The notes beneath the pieces were generated by a model that was given only the letters and a program-made list of their open reading frames with translations, did no database searches and was not told where the DNA came from. Below, piece by piece: positions 27,659 to 39,309 of a stretch of 64,000 nucleotides of DNA. The DNA is from Hypanus sabinus (Eukaryota): the NCBI RefSeq assembly GCF_030144855.1, contig NC_082731.1, positions 21,266,001 to 21,330,000 on the forward strand, in the 5' to 3' direction. The translations under genes were made by a program, and so were the position numbers. Position 1 is the stretch's first letter. Each line of letters begins with the position of its first letter.

Positions 27659-27697
27659 CCTTGCTTGCACTGAACTAAGGGTTCAGTGCAAGCAAGG
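27659..27697. repeat. Perfect inverted repeat, 17-bp arms, 5-nt loop
   Basis: CCTTGCTTGCACTGAAC-TAAGG-GTTCAGTGCAAGCAAGG. Confidence 0.95.
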
Positions 27698-28997
27698 GGA
27701 GATTGCACGTTATGTGTTCAATGCAGGACCATACTGCATTAACTACTGAGTAAAGATAGATCGTAATGGATGACGTATATAAATTGCAGTGAGTGGATGA
27801 TGTTTTGCGAATTCTCTTTTTTTTTTTTGCTGTGGCTAGAAAGCTGTGAACGGTTGGTCAAGAAAAGTCCTAAATTCCTTGCGAATAATGTATACAGGGG
27901 TGATCATTATAAAAACTGTTTAATCACGTCGTCTTAGATAAGGTTCATGGGAGCAGTATGTACCGGTGGTTCGGAAAATTCAAACCAGAGGGAAAATATT
28001 AAGGGTGAGAGGAAAGAGTTAAATTGGACTCGAGGGGAAAATTAATTACTCCATATGTTATCAGAAGAGGGAATGAGTTGAAGCGTACAGTACATATTCT
28101 AGGGGAGATGGCAGTCACAATAGTATCATTCTCAAACGCAGGAATTGACACACACAGGGATGTCGCTTGCAGTCAATGTGGACTGAATGCTGAAAGCTGA
28201 GACAAGGTAAGAGGAACAATTGTTCCTATGGATTCGTTCGGACAAGATTTTTTTCACTAAATCTTCTGAATGTCTCCTTCTATATCAGTTTATGCTGTGC
28301 ACATTGTTACAAGAGACATTATACTGAAGATTGCAGACTTCTGTCTCTAGATTGCGCGAAAAAAAAAATCATACCGGACAAGGACTACGCTGGAAATGAA
28401 ATATGCACGTTTCCTAGAGAGTTAATAGCATGGACTCAATTGGAGAATGGAAATAACGAGAAGTTTTCAGAAAGATAAGTTTACCTAAATAGCGAGATAT
28501 GAAGAACAGAAATGGAGGTGTAAATTGAGAGCGAAACCAAGAGGGATAAGGACAGACAATGACAAATGCGAAAGGTTGGTGAACATATTCGGTCACAGAT
28601 GCAATGTTACACAAATACATAGGGACAAAGAAAGAGAATGACGGATCTGAGAAGCATGTATTACGTGGTCCGATTCTGTCGTATATTGGTAAACATAGTC
28701 TACTTTAATTTCATAGAATAAACGAAAATTCCTAGTCCAAAACACACACACGAAAAATTAACATCAATTAAACCGCATGGACATGTAACATAGATTACTC
28801 ATTAAATGACATGTACCATTACATGTATAAGCTTAGGATTGGCAATAAGAATAAGTTCATAAAAGATTTTTCAGCGATCTAAAATATAGTTTTTTTCCCT
28901 TATTAACGCAGTACCTCATGTGGGAAGTAAGCTCGAAACAGACCTTCCAAATTTGTTATCGTTCCTTCTGTCTGATACTGAGAAGATAACGTGGAAC

Positions 28998-29848
28998 TGT
29001 GGCACAAAGAGAACGGATGAACCAAACGCAGGACCCCGACACAGACGTACTGCAAACATAAGAGTGCTTAATTATGGTTGCAGGGAAGGCGGGCGAGTGA
29101 GGATTAGGCAGAGGAAAGCAGAAGAGTGAGCGAGGCTGGACCGGGTATCGAACCCTGGCCACTATCGTGACAACGCCGATTGAACCACTGATCTGGAGGA
29201 AAATGTGGACGGACGGCGGGACGCGGCAGAGCAGGGTTGTGGACAATGTGACGAGCGTTGCTGGGAGATACCGGCGGGCGTGTCGCCTGCTCCTATTAAT
29301 ACGGAGAGACAGAGTTAACACAAGGAAACAACAGCGCAGAAACAGAACTTTGAAAACACAATTCCAAGTGGCCGAGCGACAGGATTAAAACAAGCAAACA
29401 ATGCGGAAACAGAATAGACAATTCTTAGCGGTCGAGAACTAAAGTTAACAGAGGCAAGCAGCGCTGATGAACGGAAGAGCAGGAGGCAGGCAAAACATTG
29501 TTGACACAGGTCGTTGCTGGAGTGAACGGCAAACAGGAGACAGGCGGCAGTAAACTTATATCTTCACAGTGAGCGTGAAATGAAAAGGCCAACCGCAGAC
29601 AATACTCTTCTTGACGCAAGGCGTTGCTGGAGGTGAACGGCAAACAGGAGACGGTCGGCAGGCAATACAGATCTTGGCACGGAGCGGCCCGCTGGCTGAA
29701 GCAACGATCTGTAACGAGTGAATGCAAGGGCGGGGCTTTTATGCTGCAAGTTTTGATGAGAATCAGGTGCCGCAATCACGGAGTGCAGGAGGACACGGGG
29801 AAGAGAGAATTAGGTGAAAAAAAGCAATTAACGGTTGGAACTGTGACA
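28998..29848. mobile_element. Solo LTR (~851 bp), TGT...ACA ends, 5-bp TSD GGAAC
   Basis: GGAAC at 28993-28997 and 29849-29853; internal duplicated segment at ~29512 and ~29622. Confidence 0.7.
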
Positions 29849-30212
29849 GGAACAGTGAGATGCTTGTCTGATGTTTCCAGCTGAGCATTCGATATTCTTC
29901 TCACAATGATAAATACTGCTAAGGTAAGGCATAATCAGAAATAGAGTCTTTAACATGTTTCGTAATTGGCAAAAAATAGACAACAACTGGCTAAAAGGGT
30001 GTTATTCCTATTGACGTTGTATGACTAGGGGGATGCCGCAGGACTCAATGCTCTTGCCTCTACTACTTATAATTTCCATTAAAGACACAGCAAATCCGAC
30101 CGTATAGCATATACTAACATTTGTACAACTTGCAATGATATGATTTTTTTTAAGATTATGGAAGGATGGAGGAATGGAAAGAAAGATCGCCAGCTGGCTA
30201 GTGAGGGAGAGA

Positions 30213-30370
30213 NNNNNNNNNNNNNNNNNNNNNNNNNNNNNNNNNNNNNNNNNNNNNNNNNNNNNNNNNNNNNNNNNNNNNNNNNNNNNNNNNNNNNNNN
30301 NNNNNNNNNNNNNNNNNNNNNNNNNNNNNNNNNNNNNNNNNNNNNNNNNNNNNNNNNNNNNNNNNNNNNN
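30213..30370. other. Assembly gap (N run)
   Basis: Run of N. Confidence 1.
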
Positions 30371-30489
30371 NACGGTTTTATATTGAAGAAATATTTCGTA
30401 GACCCTGATAGCTATAACGATCGAACAATCCATTGCAATGCGTAGTTAATCAAAATGGCTTCTTTGTTTGTTGACAATTAAAATGCTTC

Positions 30490-31028
30490 TTTGTTATGCT
30501 AACTGGTGAGAGAGTGCTTGCATAGCACTCTGGAAGTTTCTCGAAGCTTGTTTGGATTAAAGTTACTGATAACGGGGATTGTATTCATTTGTTAACCAAT
30601 TGGTTTAGATGTTATTTTCTCATGTAATTCTGTGATCAGTGATTTCCAGGGCTTTGGGGAGTCACGAAAAAGACGGCGAGGAACGTGGACAAGTGCGTCA
30701 CTGCTGGTCGATCACTAATGGTGGTCCCAGGTGAGTGGGTCGTGGCGGTTGGAGAAGAGCTAAGAGTGGTCGGAGGTTTCGATAGTTGATCTCCAACGAT
30801 GTGCACTAATTGACTGAACTGTGATAAGTTTGGCGCCTTTTCCGTATTTTCTTTCCATTCATATATATTGTATCATTATTAATCACTTAGTTATATGAAG
30901 ATTTATAAAGTGTGTTCTGTAAACATACCTGCTGTGCGATTGATGTTATGTGTGAGCGTCTGTATTAGCGTGTATATCACAACATCCACGTATACAGGAG
31001 GCACGGTTTAGCGGGTGGGTGAATGTTC
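30490..31028. mobile_element. Probable LTR remnant, continuing at 33709-33736 after the hAT insertion
   Basis: The sequence joins across the hAT TSD and ends in ...GTTACA; I found no TSD for the LTR itself. Confidence 0.35.
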
Positions 31029-31036
31029 CCCTAGAC

Positions 31037-33700
31037 CAGGGGTCAGCAAACTTTACCACTGAAAGAGCCACTTGGACCCGTTTCCCACAGAAAAGAAAAC
31101 ACTGGGAGCCGCAAAACCCGTTTGACATTTAAAATGAAATAACACTGCATACAATGTTTTTTTTGCCTTTATGCTATGTATAAACAAACTATAATATGTT
31201 GCATTTATGAAATTGATGAACTCCTGCAGAGAAAACGAAATTACATTTTTGCATGCAACAAAAACATTTTGAACTCCGAAAAAAAGACGTTGGGTTGAAG
31301 GTTACTTTTAAGTAAAATACTCAATGTCTATTTGAGTTCTTCTTGTATTTATGAAAAACGCTGAACTTAAATTTTCCGCCAGCAGCAAACCAAAAATAAC
31401 GTCAGCCAGCTGTCAACCTGAAAAATAAAAGGACTATTTCACTGAACAATGAAAAAATATGAATATTCCTGAAATAATAGGCAATTAAAATATGTATCAG
31501 ACTTGGTTAATGGGATTTCTGCTCCTGGACCTCAGCGCACAGCATCTGCACATCAGGGCTGTATGGCGTCACCTTCATCTTTACACAGGATCGCAAGCTG
31601 TCATCTGTGAGGCGTGCACGATGTTTGTTTTTAATAAAGTTCATGTTGGAAAACACCTGCTCGCATACATATGTGGATCCAAAGATCGACAGGACTCCAA
31701 GCGCATACTTTTTAATGTTTACATAAATGCCGGGGATAGCATTCCATGTTTCGAACACAAGTTTGTCCGGTCTAGGGAGGTTTTCAATATCACTCCATTT
31801 GTGATTCTGAGCAAGAACGGCCTTCTGATGGGCAACATCTTCAAAGTCTGCTGTCAAGCGTCTAAACTTGGACACCCATATGTCTTTGTCGGCTATTTCG
31901 GCCAGTTCCATCTCAAGATCAGGTTTACTCACACCTGCCAAAGCAGTCGTATTCAGTAGAGATGAATCGATGCTTGGGGGAGTGACCGGGAAGGATAATG
32001 TGATTTTTTCCTCTCTGAACTCACAGAAGCGTTTCCCAAACGATGTTTGCATTGCGATGATTGCAGAATGTAAATACTCCGAACTTATCATGTCGTGACC
32101 TTGTTTGAACTCTCTCAAATTGGGGAAGTGAGACAAAGTGCCTTTCTGTCAATCTCTGGCAAGCACTGTCAACTTGCGCTCGAATGCCAAAACTCCTCCA
32201 ACATGTGTAGGGCAGTACGTCCTTTCCCCTGAAGAGCTGTGTTCAGCGTGTTCAGGTGCGCTGTCATGTCTACCATGAAGTGTAGCTTTTCCAGCCCTTT
32301 GCTGCCCAGGAAAGTTTTCACTTCTTCCAGACACGCGACAAAGCGTTTCAGCACCTCCCCTCTGGACAGCCACCGGACTTTGTTGTGCAGCAGGAGATCA
32401 GAATATGCGCTTTCCAGCTCGTCCAGTAACAGACGGAATTGACGGTGATTTGCCATTATTTTATTGACAATCTGAATGACAACATCCATTACTTCTGTGC
32501 ATTCCGGAGGAAATGTTTGAGCGCACAGTGCCTCTTGGTGCAAGATGCAATGAAAAATCAGCAGCTTTCTGTGCAGCGACTTCTGCAGTAAAGCCACAAT
32601 TCCCTTGTGCGTTCCCGTCATATTAGGTGCCCCATCAGTAGCTACTGACACCAGGTGGGTAGTCTTTATTCCTTTGGCTCTTAAACAATTCAAGACAGCC
32701 TCACAGATGTCCTCCCCCCGTGTTTGGTCTTTTAGAGGTATCAACTCAATCAGTTCTTCCTGTGGCCCGGCAGAGTTTACATACCGGCAGAACAACGCTG
32801 TTTGTTCAATATCACCTTTGTCTTGAGACTCGTCACAGGCAATCGAGTAGGCCACAGCTGAATTGATGTCTTTAATTTGCTGTCCTGTGATGTCTTCTGC
32901 CATTTTTATGGTTCTGTCTTTGACAGTCTTTGCAGAGAGGGGCATATCCCTGATTTTCTGCACAATTTCACTCTTGTTTTTAAAGTCCGTGAATAGATGT
33001 TCTGAAATCTTAATGAAAGATTCTTTTATATATTCACCATCTGTAAACTGCTTCCCGTGCCTGACTATTTCCTGAGCGGCAATATAACTAGCGTATGTCG
33101 TTGGTTTTCCGGACTTCATCCATTGCTTGAAATGATTTTTGCTCAGATCAACCTTCCGCATCAGTTCCGAAACGGCTTTTTTTCTCTCATCTCCATCCGG
33201 ATATTTTTGAGCAAAGGCTGCGTGTTTATTCTGGAAAAGTCTTGCGATTTTTGACTATTTGTTGTTAGGTAGTTTCTCATTGCACATTAAGCATACCGGT
33301 AAACCAGTCTCGTCAGCAGTGAAAGCAAATGAATCTGTCCACGTATCATTAAACGTTCTGTTTTCTTCAGTCACTTTTCTTTTTTTAGAATTCTCCATAG
33401 TTGGCCTACCTTGGATCGAAAAATTAAAGTAATCGCGCACTGACGGGTGTCAGGTATTGGCAGTGGTGACGTATATTAATAGCGATAAAAACACGTTGTA
33501 GCGGTGTGCTCACGCAGTCAGTAAACTGCAGTCGAATAACTTTATTCGAACTAAACAGCCTTGCTTTTAAGCCTCCCTCAACCTGGCCCCATGGGCGCGG
33601 ATGCTGCAAAAGACCAATTATTTCCCAAACCAACAGGGAGCCGCAGTACTGAGGTAAAAGAGGCACATGTGGCTCCGGAGCCGCGGGTTGCCGACCCCCG
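31037..33700 (-). mobile_element. Buster/Charlie-type hAT DNA transposon, 2664 bp
   Basis: TIRs CAGGGGTCAGCAAAC / CGGGGGTCGGCAACC; perfect 8-bp TSD CCCTAGAC (31029-31036 and 33701-33708) of the nnnTAnnn type. Confidence 0.95.
31507..33440 (-). pseudogene. hAT transposase in three frameshifted pieces (33255..33440, 32169..33161, 31507..32136)
   Basis: Zinc-finger start 'PVCLMCNE'; 'IACDES', 'ATDGAPNM', 'HCILHQ', 'RWLS'; dimerisation region 'FGSTYVCEQVFS'. Confidence 0.9.
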
Positions 33701-33876
33701 CCCTAGACATACACCAGCCGGTCGTTAAGCGTTACACAATCGTTCAGCAGAATAATGCTCCCTGCTGTTCTGAAAATAAATTGCGCGACTACTCTGAACT
33801 TCTTCTTTGATTACAATCAAGAACATTTACATTCCTGAATGTAATCTTCCTCTCACTGATACTATAACCAGACACC

Positions 33877-34349
33877 ATGTCTTCTGTCTGTTCCTTCCTG
33901 ATTTTATTGGCATGCATCCCGGTAAGTCTTCACAAAAGTGGTTGATGTGCGTGTATGTGTGTCTGACCCATTGGTGCTATGGATCTCGAGTTTTTCATGC
34001 ATTTTTTGTTAACCTCATTGCCGTTAATGTGATAAGGATAATGAGTCGCAGCACGCTTCACAATTTACAATTGCTGAAGAAAAGGCCCTGAGAATGAATT
34101 GTAATTTTACCACTCACGATACAGATGTATTTTAGCTGCAGTCAGCATCACTAGACATCCCCGACATATTTTCTGAAGATATGTAACTGTGGAAAATGGA
34201 TCGATCTCGAGGATCTTTCCTAGGAATCAGTGCTGTATTAAATTAACGTTTCAAAATAGCTTATTTAAATATTTGGAAAGCTCTCGTTTCGGACTCGACG
34301 TTTATCTCCGTGGTGCGAAGCAGTGAGTTCGCGAGTTTATACCAAAACC
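33877..34349 (+). pseudogene. TCR V pseudogene, second family (V-B2), with degenerate RSS
   Basis: Leader MSSVCSFLILLACIP with GTAAGT donor (33877-33921); 'SQHASQFTIAEEKALRMNCNF', 'SPTYFLKI', 'LNIWKALVSDS'; nonamer-like ACCAAAACC at 34341-34349; aligns by eye with V-B1, including flanks. Confidence 0.75.
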
Positions 34350-34737
34350 TGCTCTGGGAGTGAAACTGGCGGAAACATTGCAGCCGACGAGCTGTACATT
34401 GGAAGCCGTCAGGAGGGAACTAAATTTACACAGTACGTCGAGTTGCTGTGGCTAGGATCTTTGAAAATTATTTCCGAACAACTATGCTATCCTTATCTTC
34501 CCGAGAGTGTACAGCAAATTATGCAGTTTACATTGTTTCCGGAATTATCTTTAACAATTGTTGTTGTAGTTCAACTTCAACTGCGCCGCTTAAGTATACC
34601 CAAGCATACGTGGCCAAAGTTAAGAAATAAATCTCCTTATTCATAGCCATAGCCTAGCATGTTCATTTTTTAATGACTTGAAACTTTAGGACGATTCTGA
34701 TCGTCTTCAGTATTCTGTTTTCCTGAAGATATGCAGA

Positions 34738-35615
34738 GAAATTCAGATTCAGATTCAGTTTATTCATTTAGAAACCACAAATGCAATGCTGTTAACAAAT
34801 GAGACAACGTTCCCCCAGAATGATATCACAAAAGTATACGACAAAACAAACTACACCATAAAATCCATGTAACTTTTGGCAATCACCAACCCACAGTCCG
34901 GAGAGGCTGCTGCGTATTAATTTCAGGCTACCGTCTAGCGCGTTCCACAGAAAGGAGCTCCAAATATACCAGACTAAGCAAGACCAAAAACTAAATCTAC
35001 AAGACCTGCACAAAACCATATAATTACAACATTTAGTTACAACAGTGTAAACAATAGCATAATTGATGAAAAAAAAAGTTTATGGACACAGTAAAAATAG
35101 TCCAAGAATTTAAAGGACTTTACGTTCAAAAGAAATCACCACAGTTTCTACAAGTCCTCAGGGTCCCGACGGACTCGCCATCCCACTTCGGTGGAGGAAG
35201 GGAGCCCCCCCGCTATGCACTTCCATGGCGCCACCCGACTCAGCCTCGCAGACGCAGCACACAATGGAAGCTCCGTGGAATCCATCCTTGCAGACGCAGC
35301 ACACACACACCGAAAGCAACCCGAGTCCGTCGAAACTCGGAGCCGACGTCCATCCCCTCCGGCACAGCTTCTCCGAGCACCATTCTCTGCCCAGTCCAAC
35401 GAAACCCCGAGGACTGGGGGCCTTTTCTTCCCAGCAGAGTCCCGGAGCTCACAGCTGCAGTAGAAACGAAGAGTGGCTTCCTGGAATTTCCAGATGATTC
35501 TCCGTTCTTCCACTTCCGTTTTCAATCAATTATCATTGCGCACAGAACCCACTTCATAAATAACAGATAATCAGTTCTGGAGTGGCCGCTGCATGCTGCG
35601 TCGCGCCGCCATAGT
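34738..35615 (-). mobile_element. Non-autonomous retroposon with (TCTGAA)n 3' tail and GC-rich 5' part
   Basis: The tail reads ATTCAGATTCAGATTCAG on the + strand; abrupt composition change at both ends; family not identified. Confidence 0.5.
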
Positions 35616-36239
35616 GGATAAATTGTCTTGCTGCCCGAAATATTTGATGTCATTTTCATTGCATTTGGAATGCTATCCGTTGTAAATGATGCTATCAGTA
35701 GACTGTTTACCTTGTTCAGGCTTTACCCGGTTCTGTCCAAGTTAGTTTCAATACAAGCGTTTTGCAAGGTGTATATTCTTTTTCTCTGTAAATTTTCACC
35801 GGTTTCGAACCAAGATATTACGAAATAACATGCAGACTCGAGGTATCCGTCAGGGATCCTGCACGCCGACGCTAAACTTCCTTACGCACCATTAACATTA
35901 TATCTGCGAAGTGAACATTCTGACATATTCGGAGGAATTTCACAACATGCTCCAAAAATATACGTATCAGTGATTCTCCTCAGAACAGAAATATTACTTT
36001 AATTCGATGCATTTGGACTAAATGTTGTTGTTCGTTTTTTTTTCAGAGTTCACAAAGCATCAAATAGATATCATTAAAATTTGAACTCCATGCTTCATGA
36101 AGTAATGAAGTCACGCATACGATTTGGGCCTTTGAAACATTGTGGATTTGTTCTTTTTTTTTGTACAACAAACATGAACAACACTTTATTAGGAAAGACC
36201 TCTTCAATGAATCATTATCTTTTATTTTTATCCACAATG

Positions 36240-36625
36240 AATCACCTTTACATTCATTTAATTATCACCTCTTTCTAATCTTCATCTCCTCTGAATACAG
36301 TCACTCTGTTACTGTCTTGCTTCCTGTCTTGTTCTCGCTGCCTATCACCTCTCTCATGGTTCTGCCTTCTTCTACTAACCATAGTGTTTCCCCTTTCATT
36401 CCTTCTTCACATCTCCGGCTTATCACCTCCCTGCTTCCTTTCCCTCTCCCCGTCATCTTTCATCTGTTTGATTTTTCAGCAGGCACCTTCCACCCTCCCC
36501 CACTTTCTTTATCGGCCCCTGCCCCCTCTTTCTTCAGACCTGTCGAAGCGTCTCGGCCCGAAACGTTGACTGCTCATTTCAACGGATGCTGCCGGACCTT
36601 CTTAGTTGATCCAGCTTGTTTGTAA
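36240..36625 (+). mobile_element. Penelope-like terminal repeat with degenerate hammerhead motif
   Basis: Pyrimidine-rich tract, then CAGAC-CTGTCGA-AGCGTCTCGGCCC-GAAAC-GTT-GACTG. Confidence 0.6.
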
Positions 36626-37049
36626 GTCCTATATTATTTGTTTTCCAGTGGTTCATGGTAAGTGTACTTCAGTTTAACAAGTACTTAGCTGTGGAGAAGG
36701 GGTATCTGTGGCTGTTCAAATCACTCATCATGTTCGTGCCAACAGTGTAGCTATGCTTTGTGCAGGAAGATATAATAGCGCAAATACAATGGATTCTGAT
36801 TGTCTTCAATTTGGTCATCATATTTTGGAGTGGAGGATCCACCGGGTGTATTTTAAAGCAGTTAAAAGACGGTGTAAGGCTAACCGGACAGTTTGTATGG
36901 TTATAGTGCAATTGAAAAGAGATTTAGTTACTTAAGTTGAAGAAAAAATGTCATTCCGTGTCTAGAAAAGTTCAGTACAAAAGCAACCCCTTCTGAAACC
37001 TAGTCCTAGTCGAAACAATTTAAACTATTTGCATCCATCGACCTTTACT

Positions 37050-37900
37050 GGACCGGATCTCCGAGTACCCCTTTAGTCTAAGTACCTTTCCAAAATTCTA
37101 TTATTTTGTTGATATCGAAACCGTGTTGACCACTTGCACGGACTGCTCGTTCTACAGTCTCACCACCCTATGAGTGAAGAAGTTTTCCCTCATGTTCCTT
37201 TTATTCCTTGAAAATTTCTCCCTTCAACAAGGACCTCTGGTAATTGTCCACAGAACCTCAGTGGAAAAATCCAGCTTGAAATTTACCCTCCTATACCCCT
37301 AATAATTGTCTTTATCTCCATCAAATCTCACCTCCCCCCCCCGAAATTTCTATATTCCAAACAATAATGTTCTTCACACAGAGAGTGGTGAATCTGTGGT
37401 GAATCTGCCACAGGAAACAGTTGAAGCCGGTTCTTTGTCTATATATAAGAGGAAGTTAGATATGACTCTTGTGGATATAGGGATAAGGGGATATGGAGAG
37501 AAAGCAGGTACAGGGTTCTGAGTTGGATGTTCATACTGAATGGCGGTGCAGGGTCGAAGGGCCGAATGGCTTATTCCTGCACCTATTTTCTATGTTTCTA
37601 TGTTCCCATGTAACCTATTCAAATAGTCCCTCATAACTTAGGTTATCCAGTCCGAGGAACATCCTTCTGAATTTACTCTGGACTCTCCTTACCTTATTTT
37701 CATCTTTGCGGTAGAAGGTTGAGCAAAGTTACATACAATACTCCAAATTAGGCCACCCAACGTCTTAGTTAATTTCATAGTAGGAACCCAACTCCTGCAC
37801 GCAATATTGCGATATATGAAGACCAAAATACCTGAAGGATGCCTGTCCATCGACCTGCGTCTGCACTTTCAATAATTATTCCAAGATCCCTTTGTTTCAA
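37050..37900 (-). mobile_element. Degraded CR1 3' fragment, with a nested plus-strand CR1 3' fragment at ~37372-37610
   Basis: The nested piece matches the 3' end of the 45.9-50.2 kb CR1 ('VVNL..LPQETVEAGSL'). Confidence 0.6.
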
Positions 37901-38499
37901 TGCACTTTTCACTGACTACAGTTCATTGTTCAATAACTGGTTGGTTCTATCTGAGTGCAGAACGTTCAGTTTCCCTCGCATTTATCTGTGAAGATTCCGC
38001 CGCAGATTTCAATGCAAGAATGAGATTCATATCCTCCTCTATCAGCATACTTGTCTGAAAATGTATGATTACACGATATGACGAATATGTGGGATGAAGT
38101 CCAAATCAGGAGCGTTCCTCTCAGAGAGAGAGAGTGAGAGAGAGAGTGCGCGCGCCTATGGTTGAAGAGCTGTGAAGGCAGGGGCGGTCCTGACTTATGC
38201 CTACCTTGCAGGGCATCGATTCATCTTTTCTTGTCGAGACGAGTCTGAGCACTGGCGCTTATTATCTTCCCTTCTCTTTTTCCCTCTTCAAAATTATCTC
38301 CATTTCTTTTCTCCAGCATCACTGCTCCTGAAACATAGGAATATATATATATTTTTTAATCTGGAGTTCGTTTGTGCATGGTCCCTAGCATCCTATCTAA
38401 TGAGAGGTTTGCAGGAGGTCCATTAGAGGGCGACGATGGTATGCATAACTTAGCCCTCTGTGGCCCCCTTTGAAAGTATGAAAACAGAGGCATAATTAA

Positions 38500-39000
38500 A
38501 CATTTCTGATTGTTTAGGATGTATTCTGGGATATTGGCGGTTTATCCGAGATGGGCAGTCCCAGGCGATTGAAAATCCTCGCAATTTCGATTGTTATCGT
38601 ATTGATGCAACGAGAGTTGGCTGTAGTTCGTGTACAACTGCCAACTCCTGTTGAAATTACGGAAGAGGTTATTTCCCAGGCACCTGTATTCAAGTTCTAC
38701 CAACTGTTCTCTGCAGGCCTTCTCAATCTGGTTGGTGATGTGTTGCATCACAATCGTGTCATCAGCAAAATTAACTATGTCATTACTGGGGAATCCCGTC
38801 TTGTTGTTATTTGTGAACTGAGTGTACAGCAGTTTGCCCTGGCGAGCACCGTTGCTGCGGAACAAATGGAGGAAGAAATGATTCCGCATCTTGATTACCT
38901 GTACGATGGACGTTTGAAACTCCACGACCAGCTGTACAGCATTATATTCAAAATAACGTGTAAGAGTTTTTTTCTTTTCACTGAGTTGACTTAAAACGCG
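38500..39000 (-). mobile_element. Rex1/Babar RT fragment
   Basis: 'VNFADDTIV...YRCLGNNLF.NF' (ORF 38542..38925). Confidence 0.7.
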
Positions 39001-39309
39001 GACGGAAATCTAGGAACAGGTTTCTGAAATAGCTGTCTTTGTTTGGAAGATGCGTCAGAAACAGCTGCATGCCAACTGCTACGGCATCTGTAGCGAAACA
39101 GATTGGCGAGTCTCCACTGTGGCACCACTGGACTTTAGCCTTGCCAGCCATCGAAAGTGACCTATGACGCTTGGCATAGGTGACACCGGTTGTTACTAGC
39201 CTACTTTTAAAAATGCAGAAAACATTGTTACAACAAGTAATGATGGCCGACCTACAGGCAGCATGAAAAAACATTTGAATAATCCCATAACGATGATAGT
39301 TAGCTGGTA

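Noticed and set aside
31507-33440. Possible domesticated GTF2IRD2/ZBED-like gene
   Set aside because: Frameshifts together with intact TIRs and TSD show it is a transposon copy.
35082-35570. Several overlapping GC-rich ORFs on both strands
   Set aside because: They lie within a retroposon-like insertion, show no recognisable domain, and stop-poor composition explains them.
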